Notes under the pieces: generated by a model
The model's database searches: none
What the model saw: the letters and a program-made list of their open reading frames with translations, nothing else
Told to the model about the DNA's origin: nothing
Made by a program: the position numbers and the translations under genes
DNA from: an uncultured Chloroflexia bacterium
GTDB lineage: Bacteria; Chloroflexota; Anaerolineae; B4-G1; SLSP01
DNA: 64,000 bases
NCBI GenBank assembly: GCA_963751345.1
Contig: CAVVUS010000011.1
Span: 288,001-352,000 of the forward strand
Direction of reading: 5' to 3'
Shown: piece by piece, positions 20,949 to 29,867 of the stretch
Layout of the letters: the number at the start of each line of letters is the position of its first letter
How positions within the stretch are numbered: position 1 is the stretch's first letter

Positions 20949-21626
20949 TCAAATTGCCGGGATGATGAGCTGCTGACCCGCGCGCAGTGCCAGCGGGTCG
21001 GTCAGATGGTTATAGTCGGCGATGACGCGCCAGCGGGTGGCGTCGCCGTAGACCTCGTGGGCGATGGTGTCGAGCCGGTCGCCGGCGATGACGCGCCAGA
21101 CGCGCTCGATATCCCCGCCGCCCGACGTCGGATTCTGGCTGGGATAGTCCTCCAGATCCTTGTGCTGTGTGAACGTCACGTCTACCTTGGCGCGTACCGG
21201 TGTGCCATCAGGTTTGAAGAGCGTGAACTTCTGGGTCATGTTGGTGATGACGGCCACAAAGCGGAAGACACCCCACTCGAATGCGACCTCGGGTGGGGGC
21301 ACCTTGCGATTCCGGTTGCCCTCGCGCCGGGTCTTGGACTCCATGAGCTTCCAGAGCCGATTGGTCTGCAGGCTGACGTCCTCGTCGCTCTCGTAGGTGT
21401 CGAAGACCAGGCTCAGCTTCAGTGTCTGGGGCCCGGCCTTCTCGAACTCGAAGCTCGGGACATCCGAGCGGTTCTGCCGCTCCTCTTTGTATGAGTTCCG
21501 CTTGGTCACGGTGTACTCGAAGGGGTTGAACATACAGCCCACCGAGACACCGCCACCCTTCTCCTCCCCGGACTCGTCGACCTCGTAGATGCGGGCAGCC
21601 TGCAGGCTACTGCGTGTTTCGGGCAT
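20949..21626 (-). CDS. CIS tube initiator with C-terminal LysM (Afp7/Pvc7-like)
   Basis: MFNPFEY, LVFDT, FTLFKPDGTPVRA, QNPTSGG, GDRLDTIAHEVYGDATRWRVIADYN. Confidence 0.92.
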   Translation of the reverse strand: MPETRSSLQAARIYEVDESGEEKGGGVSVGCMFNPFEYTVTKRNSYKEERQNRSDVPSFEFEKAGPQTLKLSLVFDTYESDEDVSLQTNRLWKLMESKTRREGNRNRKVPPPEVAFEWGVFRFVAVITNMTQKFTLFKPDGTPVRAKVDVTFTQHKDLEDYPSQNPTSGGGDIERVWRVIAGDRLDTIAHEVYGDATRWRVIADYNHLTDPLALRAGQQLIIPAI

Positions 21627-23578
21627 CAGGACCTCCTCTGCGAGCGCTCACGCTCCATCGCCAGACGGTGCTTGACCTCGTCGTAGACCCTGCGGGCAAG
21701 CTCGTCGAGATCGACGGCGGGTGACGCCTCTTCTGGATTCTGTGGCTCCGCTCCGAGGTCCGCCGGCGGCTCAGCCGCCGATTCGGTCGCGTCCGGCACA
21801 GGCGCTTCCTGCGGCGCCGGGAGGGATTCCTCCTCCGCCGGTCGCTCGGCCACGATCCGTTGGATGACCGCGGGCCCGCGTGCTGGGGCCGTCGGCACGG
21901 TGGTCTGACGGGGCGCCGGGGGCATCTGCGGTTGGGCCTCAGATGCTGTCTGGACACCGCGTGTCTGCCCACGCGCCTCTGCGTTCTGGGGCACCGGTTC
22001 CCCAATCAGGCTCCAGAGATCCGCGGGCAGAGGACCGATGGGCGTCTCGATGAACGGGATCTCCGCTCCAGGCCGCAGCTCAGCGCCCTCGCTCCGGGCT
22101 TCCGTAGCTTCGGCGGCGGGCGGTGCCGTGCGACGGACTTGGCGCTGGGCCGGACGCTCGGCGGGTGCAGGCCGAGGCCCGCGCGGTGCGAGGGTCTCGA
22201 TGGTGGAGCGGGTGCGCCTGCCTGCCGCTATCTGTGCCAGCATTCTCCCCACGGGCTCGGGTGCGGCGACGGTCGTGACCGGTACACCGCCCGGCACCTG
22301 TCGACCTGCCGATGGGCTTGTGTCCTCGTGGAGGACGACGGGCTCGGCAGTGGTTGGTCCCCGGACCTCACGCTCGACCGCAGACGCAGTGGAACTCCGA
22401 CGCGGCCTCGGCGACAGCCCCTGCGGCGTGCGCTCGACGCCCCAGGCCTGCTGTAAGGGGAGCGGCTGCGTGGGCCTTTCACCGGGCGCGGACTCTGCTT
22501 CAGGGACGGTCTCTTCGCGACCCGGCACTGCCTCTGGCGCAGGGGCTTCGTCCGGACGCAGGGCCTCAACACTCATCGGTTCGAAGGCCCCGGCAGGCTC
22601 TGGTGGGCGCAGGTCAACGCGAGCGGCTTGCCGCACCACCGGCGAAGGTGCTCTCCGCTCGTCCGGCGCCGTCGGCCCGGATTGGGTGGCCCTTTCGTGA
22701 GACTCCTCTCCCATCGGTTGCCGCGCCTGCTCCGGCGCAGTCACGTCCGAACGAGCTGCTGTGTCGACGCGCGCAGGCGCCATAGGCGCGCGCTGAACCG
22801 TTGGCATGCCGCCCGCGTCTTCGACCCGGCTGTCTTCCCGTTCGCTGATGTTGGCTGGACGGGGGGACCCCGGTGCTTGTGCTCTCGATCGCTCGCGGCC
22901 CGGCCCCTCCGTGGGGCTATCCTGCGTTTCGGCTGCGCGCGTCTGCGGGACGCGTGAGATCGCGGCCTTGGCCGTACCCTCTGCTAGGTTTCCCGATCCG
23001 CGGCCTATCGCCTCCCGGGGCGAGCTTGCGAGGGGCAGAGAGGATGCCTCGGACTCCACGTTCGTCCCGGCTTCCGACCCGACCGTGGGCTGCGCCTCTT
23101 TCCCCTGGTGCCGCTGGAAGATCGTCTGGAGCCGGTGCCATACGGTGTCCGTGATCGGCGCGTCAGACCCGGCTGGCGCGTCTCCCGGTCCCTCGGCGGC
23201 CGCAACTGCGGCCTGCACTGCCGCGCGGCGCGCCACGGTAGGTTGGGCAGGGCGTGAGGTGGGAGCACGTTCCGGCATCTCGGGTGACAGGCCCGCGCCA
23301 GCGACATCCCGCAGCGGTGGTCCGGGCAGCGTTGGGGAGACCGTCGGCCTGGTTTCGGCCGGCATTGCGCTGGCGACCGGCGTTGGCTCGCCGACGATCC
23401 GCGCCGATGGGCTGACAGGCTCACCGTCCCTCACCGGTACCGCGACGACCGTCTCCGTTGGCCTGCGCGGGATCTCGACCGGCGTCGAGGCCGCCCTGAA
23501 GAGTGTGGCGACCGACCGGTGGCGCATCACGCGGCGCACCAGTAAATCACTCAATCCCAGCGTCGGTCTGAATGCCAT
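21626..23578 (-). CDS. Pro/Ala/Glu/Arg-rich low-complexity CIS protein with helical C-terminal motif
   Basis: About 650 aa, stop abuts the next start; C-terminus VDLDELARRVYDEVKHRLAMERER. Confidence 0.75.
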   Translation of the reverse strand: MAFRPTLGLSDLLVRRVMRHRSVATLFRAASTPVEIPRRPTETVVAVPVRDGEPVSPSARIVGEPTPVASAMPAETRPTVSPTLPGPPLRDVAGAGLSPEMPERAPTSRPAQPTVARRAAVQAAVAAAEGPGDAPAGSDAPITDTVWHRLQTIFQRHQGKEAQPTVGSEAGTNVESEASSLPLASSPREAIGRGSGNLAEGTAKAAISRVPQTRAAETQDSPTEGPGRERSRAQAPGSPRPANISEREDSRVEDAGGMPTVQRAPMAPARVDTAARSDVTAPEQARQPMGEESHERATQSGPTAPDERRAPSPVVRQAARVDLRPPEPAGAFEPMSVEALRPDEAPAPEAVPGREETVPEAESAPGERPTQPLPLQQAWGVERTPQGLSPRPRRSSTASAVEREVRGPTTAEPVVLHEDTSPSAGRQVPGGVPVTTVAAPEPVGRMLAQIAAGRRTRSTIETLAPRGPRPAPAERPAQRQVRRTAPPAAEATEARSEGAELRPGAEIPFIETPIGPLPADLWSLIGEPVPQNAEARGQTRGVQTASEAQPQMPPAPRQTTVPTAPARGPAVIQRIVAERPAEEESLPAPQEAPVPDATESAAEPPADLGAEPQNPEEASPAVDLDELARRVYDEVKHRLAMERERSQRRS

Positions 23579-23658
23579 CAGACGTCTATCTCCCCTTGCT
23601 ACGCATAGCAACCACTATCTAGGCCGGCGGACGCTCGTGCCACTGCTTGGCCCGTCGC

Positions 23659-24074
23659 CTATTCATACGACACGGTGACCTCGCCGCATGCCATCTCCAG
23701 TGTCTCTATCGCGACGCTGTTGGCGTCGGATTGGAGCTGCGGACCCTTCCAGCTCGTGGGGAAGGCATCATTGACGTGCCAGATCATCACGGGCTCTTTC
23801 TCCTCGTTTAGGAGCGTGATCGTGAGGGTCTTCCGCGTCGGCGGGCCTTGCATGCACGCCATGTACCAGTCCACCAGCGCCCTCCTGCCGACCCCATTCT
23901 TCAGGCTCAACTTGGCCGCTTTGCGCTGGCCCGGCAGTTGATGCACGTAGGTGTTGAGCCCCCCTCCTTCACGGACTCGACATCCCACTCAACCACCGGT
24001 AGGACCGTCTCCGTGAACGCAGCCTGGGGCTCGCCGTCCACTGCCACGATGAAGCGAAATGACGGTATTGGCAA
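23659..24074 (-). CDS. Second gp19-like tube protein; frameshift in G run near 23960
   Basis: TTG start; PSFRFIVAV..FTE..VKEGG/LNTYVHQLPG..LKNGV..W..AFPTSWKGPQL..VAIETLE. Confidence 0.88.
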
Positions 24075-24079
24075 AGCCT

Positions 24080-24283
24080 CTATCCTCTCGATCGTTCCCG
24101 TTCGCCGGCGATGTCTTGCTTCAGCAGCGCGTAGACGCGATCTGCCACTTGGCGGACCAACTCGTCAGTCATGGGCACCCGCGACGCCCCAGGCGTAACG
24201 GCGCGCTGCGGCGAAGGCCGATCGCTGACCGGTGGCGCAACAGCACGTACCTCCTGCTGGTCTTCCACATCGCCCTCTGCCAT
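24080..24283 (-). CDS. Small CIS-associated protein (67 aa)
   Basis: Fills the gap between tightly packed operon genes; C-terminus DELVRQVADRVYALLKQDIAGERER resembles that of the 21626-23578 protein. Confidence 0.75.
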   Translation of the reverse strand: MAEGDVEDQQEVRAVAPPVSDRPSPQRAVTPGASRVPMTDELVRQVADRVYALLKQDIAGERERSRG

Positions 24284-24292
24284 CCCTGCCCC

Positions 24293-24688
24293 CTATCTCC
24301 TCGTCCCCTGCTCACCTTGCGTTCCATCGCCCTCGTCCACCCGCGCAGGTGCTACCTTGAACTGGAGCTCCGAACTGCAGTGCGGACAGACCGTTCGCAC
24401 GACCATGCCGTCGTAGCTGTTCAGCCGTAGGTAGACGTCCTCCAGGTAGGCGAGGTCGGCAGCATAGAGCTGTTCCACGATCGCGGGCGTCACGTGCGGC
24501 AGCGTTCCGAGCTGCGTAATCACCCGGCTGAGCAAGATGATGGGTAGATAGGCCTCGTTTGCCTGCACCCGCGGATGGGCCACGGACTCGATCTCATCCA
24601 AGGCCGTGGCCATCCGCATCCGCCCAACGCGGTGGGTCTGCCCGTCACCGTTGCTGTAGCCATAAGGCAGGGTGAACTCGAAGTCCAT
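24293..24688 (-). CDS. Tail assembly chaperone-like protein
   Basis: FEFTLPYGY..G..HRVGRMRMATALDEI..PRV..NEAYL..LLSRVI..DLAYL..Y.RLN, CPHC; directly after the tube gene. Confidence 0.82.
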   Translation of the reverse strand: MDFEFTLPYGYSNGDGQTHRVGRMRMATALDEIESVAHPRVQANEAYLPIILLSRVITQLGTLPHVTPAIVEQLYAADLAYLEDVYLRLNSYDGMVVRTVCPHCSSELQFKVAPARVDEGDGTQGEQGTRR

Positions 24689-24692
24689 AGGT

Positions 24693-25139
24693 TCAGATCT
24701 CGACGCGGCTTATGTACTCGTGCGCGATGGTGAGTTCCTCTACCCCGATCTCGTTGCTATCGGACTTGGGCTGCGGCCCGGTCACCTTGACCGGCCAGGC
24801 GCGTCTGAACTCCCAGCGGGCCACGGGGTTCAGCTCCTCGTCGAACATCGTGATGGAGCCGTCGTGCCGGGCTTCCTCGACCCGCCCATCCTCCACCATC
24901 TTGCGCCAGTCCCAGATGTCCATGCTGCTGGTGATCCCGCGTTTCAGCGTGATGTTCTCCCACTTGAGCCGTCCCGGTATTTTCATGACCACTTCCTGGC
25001 CCTGGTCGGTGACGACTTTGTGCTCGATCACCTCGTGCTCGGATCCAAGTCCGCTGCACTCCGTGAAGTAGCCCTTCACGACTTCCTGAACTTCAACGGC
25101 AAAGTGAAACCCTACAAGGGGATCCTCGCGGTCAGGCAT
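24693..25139 (-). CDS. Major tube protein (T4 gp19-like, TIGR02241-like)
   Basis: DPLVGFHFAVE, FTECSGL, KIPGRLKWENITLKRG, AWPVKVTGP, EELTIAHE. Confidence 0.95.
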   Translation of the reverse strand: MPDREDPLVGFHFAVEVQEVVKGYFTECSGLGSEHEVIEHKVVTDQGQEVVMKIPGRLKWENITLKRGITSSMDIWDWRKMVEDGRVEEARHDGSITMFDEELNPVARWEFRRAWPVKVTGPQPKSDSNEIGVEELTIAHEYISRVEI

Positions 25140-25167
25140 TGCATTCTCCTTTCATTCCTCTCATTCC

Positions 25168-26697
25168 TCAGGCTTCGGCGTTGGCGCCGGCCCATTGGCT
25201 GATGCGGAAGATCACGAACTCGGCCGGCTTCACGGGAGCCATGCCAACCTCGATGATCAGTTGGCCCAGGTCCCGGATTTCCGGTGGGTTGAGCTCGTCA
25301 TCGCACTTGACGTAGAAGGCTTCGTCCGGCGTGCTTCCGAAAAGCGCTCCGCTGAGCCATACGGTGCGGAGGAACGAGATGACGTCCCGGCGCACGCGTG
25401 CCCAAAGCATCCGGTCGTTCGGCTCGAAGACGACCCACTGCAGCCCGACGTCGATCGATGCCTCGGCCATGATGAAGAGCCGCCTGACGTTGATGTAACG
25501 CCAGGAGCCGTCGCTGCTCAGCGTACGACCGCCCCACACGCGGATGCCGCGGCCGGGGAAGGTTCGGATGCAGTTCACGCCGATCGGGTTGAGGCTATCC
25601 TGTTCGCCCTTGCTGAGACGGAGCTCCAGGTCGATGGCCCCGCGGACGACCTCGTTCGCAGGTGCCTTGTGCACGCCGCGATCGGCGTCGGTGCGGTTGT
25701 AGATTCCTGCCATATGCCCGCTTGGCGGAAGGAGTTTGCTGGTGCTCCCGCCGCCGCTCAAGTCGGCCGCACGAATCCAGGGATAGTAGAGCGCCGCGTA
25801 CGAGGTGTCGAAGTTGACGTACTCCCGCCATTCCTGAGCCTGCTGGGCGTTGAGGCCCGGCGGCGTGTCGAGAATGGCAAAACGGTACTTGAGCGCCTCG
25901 CAGTGGGCGATCATCGCCGTCTGCACCATCTTCACCCGCTCCCTGGCCGCGGCTGATCCATCGTATCCGGCCATCACGTCGGGCGCGACCAGGATGCGGA
26001 CCTCATCGATGGCTTCGAGACCCGCGATCCCCGTGCGTTCGGCGGCATCGCCGGCGAAGTCGTCGACGGTCAGCGGCGGGATGCCGCCCCCCGTCAGCTC
26101 ATACGTGCCCTCGGTGGGTGTGGCGGTGGCGGTGCCCACGTCGGTGAGCTCGACGGTAGAGAAGGTGGCATCGCCGACGAAGTTCGCCTCACCCTTCTTC
26201 ATCGTGAGACCGGCCTTCGTCTCATCGCCCACGGTCACGGAGAAGGTATCCTCCTCGCCGGCCTTGATGGTCACGCTGAGATTGGACGGCCCCGTCGTCT
26301 TGGCGACGACCTTGAAAGCGTTACCGCGTCCCTTCGCCGGCACGGTCGCCGCTGCCGATTCGGCCTCGGCGCCGCCCTCCCTGAGCGCGCGGACGCTGAC
26401 GACGTAGCAACTGCCGCCACCGTTGGTAAAGTAGCCATAGACGGCGTCAGGCAGATAGGCCCCGGCGATGAAATCGCCGAAGATACTGACATACTGGGTC
26501 CAACTCGTCACAAGCGTGGGTTGGTTGAGCACCGACTGAATTGGCACGCGCTCACCCGTGGCGGGATCCACCTGCTTCCTACTGGCTTCTGCCGTGATGC
26601 CCACAAAAGCCGTCATCGACGTGCCTGCGGCTTCAATGGGCTTTGTACCCCGATCGACCTCTTCGATATACACACCGGGAGATTTGTACTCAGGCAT
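25168..26697 (-). CDS. Contractile sheath protein
   Basis: PEYKSPGVYIEE, RFAILDTP, YAALYYPW, RGVHKAPAN, LNPIGVNCIR, WRYINVRR, PVKPAEFVIFRI. Confidence 0.97.
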   Translation of the reverse strand: MPEYKSPGVYIEEVDRGTKPIEAAGTSMTAFVGITAEASRKQVDPATGERVPIQSVLNQPTLVTSWTQYVSIFGDFIAGAYLPDAVYGYFTNGGGSCYVVSVRALREGGAEAESAAATVPAKGRGNAFKVVAKTTGPSNLSVTIKAGEEDTFSVTVGDETKAGLTMKKGEANFVGDATFSTVELTDVGTATATPTEGTYELTGGGIPPLTVDDFAGDAAERTGIAGLEAIDEVRILVAPDVMAGYDGSAAARERVKMVQTAMIAHCEALKYRFAILDTPPGLNAQQAQEWREYVNFDTSYAALYYPWIRAADLSGGGSTSKLLPPSGHMAGIYNRTDADRGVHKAPANEVVRGAIDLELRLSKGEQDSLNPIGVNCIRTFPGRGIRVWGGRTLSSDGSWRYINVRRLFIMAEASIDVGLQWVVFEPNDRMLWARVRRDVISFLRTVWLSGALFGSTPDEAFYVKCDDELNPPEIRDLGQLIIEVGMAPVKPAEFVIFRISQWAGANAEA

Positions 26698-26749
26698 CGC
26701 TGTGACACTCCTTTCTTGGTGTAGCCCTCATGCTCTTAGGTTTCCCTGC

Positions 26750-27605
26750 TCAGACCTCAATGTCGTAGTCTCCGTCTTCGGCCGGAATCTCGATCTCTTT
26801 CTGTCGTGGTTTCTCCTCTGTGGCCCACGCAACCAACGTGTAGCGTCCGGGGGGCACACTTCCCAGGACGAACCGTCCACGGTCATCGGTTGTTGCCATA
26901 TAGCCGGTTCCCTTGATCGCCACCTCTACACCTGATTGCGGGGTCTTGTCCGTGCCGCTGCGCACGACGCCTGCGATGAGTACCAGGTCGGTGCGTCTCG
27001 CATCGGGCACGAGCCCGATCTCGTAGGGCAGGTTCTGCGCCTGACCCAGGCGCAGAATCCGCGTGCGCACCAGCGGACCCGTGATGACCTCCCAGGGATC
27101 CAGGGCCAGCGTGACGACGTAGGGCACGCTGGGGCGCATCTCATTATCCAGGACGTTCCACAGGTCCGACGGATCGGTCAGCACGTCGTGCTGGGCCAGT
27201 TTGGCCTGGATGTCGAAGGGTGGATTCTGCAGCGCGCCGATCAGCCGGTCGGCGGGAAGGATGGGGAAGCGGAAGAGGGTCAGCATCAGTGCGCGTGAGC
27301 AGCCGGTGTTCGTCCTCCGGGTCGGCGGCCCAGGTCGACAGCATATAGGAGCAGTCGACCCGCATCGGCGAACGCTTGAGCTTTGCGAGCTCCTGCTGGC
27401 CTCCGTTGTTCAGCCGTTCCCACTGGTGCTGCCGCAGGACGTTGTTCTCGCGGACGTCGTAAAGGAAGACGTTGACCGTCGGCTTCGATAGGCGCGAGCT
27501 CCACTCGCGCGCGGGCTGGTCGAAGCTGATGTCGATCTCCCCGTTCTTCACCGGAAGCTCGGCGATCAAGAGCTGCCGTAGGGTCTCGTCCAAATCTGCT
27601 ATCAT
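26750..27605 (-). CDS. DUF4255 (Afp16/Pvc16-like cap/terminator) with C-terminal carboxypeptidase-regulatory-like domain; frameshift near 27290
   Basis: IADLDETLRQLL, PTVNVFLYDVREN, YMLSTW..EDEHRLL; continues LWNVLDNEMRPSVPYVVT..TTDDRGRF..VPPGRYTL. Confidence 0.88.
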
Positions 27606-27622
27606 CAGGTCCTATCCAATTC

Positions 27623-29779
27623 CTAGCGTCTCTCCATCGACAAGCCCATTGACTGCGAGAGCACACTGCGCATCCCCTGTACCGTCGTGCGCATCTCCTG
27701 CAGCTCCTCCATGGTCTGTTGTACCACCGGATTCGCGGCGCCCTGCCCACCGTAGGCGCTGCCCGGCGTTCTCTGCGAGGTGATGAAGTAGATGCGTTGG
27801 GGAGAGGCGCGGTAGACGACCCCGCCCGTCCGCCCCCAATTGCCCAACTGGAAGTCCTGGTAAGGTTGATAATAGGTTACGCCGCCCTCGCGCGACCCCG
27901 TTTCCGCGTTACGCGTGCCCTCCACCGCGCCACGTGCTTCGGTCGCGTGCCGCCCCGCTTCCATCTCGGTCCGCCCCATCCCCATCGTGGTGTCGATCTG
28001 CACGACGAGGATGTCCACGTCGCCCAACAGGCCGGCGATGACCGTGTACCCCTGCCCGCCTCCCGGCCCTCCCGGGCGGTCGGCGGCCGCCCCGAGGTTG
28101 GTCAGCGTCGTGCGCAGGGAATCGCGTGCCTGCTGGTACTCCCTCAGTCGCTCCTCAAGCGTCTGCATCGCGCTAAACAGGGCTGTCTGCGCCTGGCGCA
28201 CGCCCGACACATTGGCGGTAATGGCGGCTTGCCGCGACTGTGCGTTCGCCTGGCTGATCTGGGACTCAATCTGGTTGGTCTGCTCCCGGTACCACTCCTG
28301 GCTAATCGCGGTCGCAATCGTGTCAGGGCTGAGCGCGCCCAGCGCTTGGCTGCCCAAGTTGGTCGCTGCTTCGCCGACGGCGCTGGTTGCGGCCTCTGTC
28401 GCCGCAGTGCCGAGTCCCGCCGCGCCGCCGAGGGCCGAGAGCACCTGCAGCCCCGTCGACAGGCGGCTCTGCATTGTGGAGACCTTCGCTTTGATCTGCC
28501 GCTGCTGCGCCGCCAAGTCGGGGTCCTCCTCCCTCGGTATGATGCCCGCGTTGAGGGTGCTCAGTGCGGAGTTCAGGCCGTGTACGGCTTGGCTCGCCTC
28601 ACGCTGTGCGCGGGTGAAATTGTTCCCTGCCCCCATCAGCCTGTCATGGGCCTCCTGGGCTTGGGCGCGGATGACGGTGGCGTCTCCGCGCATGCCTGCG
28701 GCCGACTCCGCCGCGCTCCCCGCGCCGGTGGCCGCGCCGACGACCTCCTCGGCACGGAAAGACGCGCTCTCGTTGGGGGTTACGACGCCCATCGACTGCA
28801 GATGCAGCATCCGCCCCGAGACGCGGCCGAAGTCCAGTCGGAGCTGCTGGACCTGCTCCTGGAAAGTGCCCAGCGTCCGTCCCTGTTCTCCCACCGTCAC
28901 GAGATAATCCGAGAGCTTCGCGATCGCCTCCTCGTTGGCGGAGATCTGATCCCCCGAGATCGTGCCCTGGCGTCCACCCTCCTGCATGTTGGGGCGGTAT
29001 CCCTCGATCGTCGTCATCATACGCCGGGCGCCGCTCGCGTCCTGGACGTTATTGACCTGCATCACGGGCGGCGGCGCTGTCTGCAACTGCTCGCGCTGCT
29101 CCTGCTCCCCGGCGCTGGCCATCTCGTCCAGGTCCTCGGCGACATCGCGCTGGACGCTGGTGCGGCCTATGCCCGGTGTCCGGTTGCGAATACCCGCCAT
29201 CGTTCCCATCGTCGCGGCTATCTCTGCCGCGTGTTCCTGCGAATTCCCAGCCGGCCCTACCGTCAGTTGGCTGCTCGGAACCGCGGACTGCTGCTGCACC
29301 ACGTGGGCCAACTCGTGGCCGATCAGACGTTCGTCGGAGGCGCTAGCGTCGTGGCTGAGGAAAACGTCGCTGCCGAGGGTGAAGGCGCGGGCGCTGACGC
29401 GCCGGTTCAGTTCGTCGGCCTCGGAGTCGTCGTGAAGCCGCACGTCGCCCAACGGTGATCCGTAGGCGGCCTCCCACCTGTCCCGCTGCACGCCGTCCAG
29501 GGGGCGACCGCTGCCCAGGTTGCTGTAGATCTGGCTTGCCAGCCGGTTGCTGATAGCTCCCCCGGCCAATCCCACCTCGGCCTCGGGCCACGCCCCGTCC
29601 TCGCCGCCAAGCGCACGGGCGATGTGCTGGACGTGGGCGTTGCCGACCTGATGCTGTAGCTGACGCAGGGGAACGCCGGTGACGCCGTCCCCGAACCCCT
29701 GTGGGCCCTCCTGGGATGCCTGTCGGGTGCCGGTCGACGTCGCGTCGCGTTTCTCGTCTGTGTGTTCCTTGTCAGCCAT
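27623..29779 (-). CDS. DUF4157 (eCIS core) protein with long helical C-terminal region; candidate cargo/effector
   Basis: LQHQVGNAHV, GRPLD, DVRLHDD, ARAFTLGSDVF, LIGHELAHVVQQ, EHAAE; ATG 29779 after GAGGAG. Confidence 0.88.
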   Translation of the reverse strand: MADKEHTDEKRDATSTGTRQASQEGPQGFGDGVTGVPLRQLQHQVGNAHVQHIARALGGEDGAWPEAEVGLAGGAISNRLASQIYSNLGSGRPLDGVQRDRWEAAYGSPLGDVRLHDDSEADELNRRVSARAFTLGSDVFLSHDASASDERLIGHELAHVVQQQSAVPSSQLTVGPAGNSQEHAAEIAATMGTMAGIRNRTPGIGRTSVQRDVAEDLDEMASAGEQEQREQLQTAPPPVMQVNNVQDASGARRMMTTIEGYRPNMQEGGRQGTISGDQISANEEAIAKLSDYLVTVGEQGRTLGTFQEQVQQLRLDFGRVSGRMLHLQSMGVVTPNESASFRAEEVVGAATGAGSAAESAAGMRGDATVIRAQAQEAHDRLMGAGNNFTRAQREASQAVHGLNSALSTLNAGIIPREEDPDLAAQQRQIKAKVSTMQSRLSTGLQVLSALGGAAGLGTAATEAATSAVGEAATNLGSQALGALSPDTIATAISQEWYREQTNQIESQISQANAQSRQAAITANVSGVRQAQTALFSAMQTLEERLREYQQARDSLRTTLTNLGAAADRPGGPGGGQGYTVIAGLLGDVDILVVQIDTTMGMGRTEMEAGRHATEARGAVEGTRNAETGSREGGVTYYQPYQDFQLGNWGRTGGVVYRASPQRIYFITSQRTPGSAYGGQGAANPVVQQTMEELQEMRTTVQGMRSVLSQSMGLSMERR

Positions 29780-29867
29780 GTATCGGATCTCCTCTGATTC
29801 CAGACTCTTGGGGTTTTCCTCTCGGGAAGCGCTGTCTCGACGAGATAACCCCAAAGGTCTTTCCCGA

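Noticed and set aside
23955-23970. Programmed frameshift or phase variation in the tube 2 G run
   Set aside because: The short G6 run is indistinguishable from the many other indels in this assembly
27719-29458. Long plus-strand ORFs opposite CIS genes (also 16966-18111 and 19333-20199)
   Set aside because: Shadow ORFs typical of high-GC DNA, with no recognisable motifs and fully overlapping well-supported minus-strand genes
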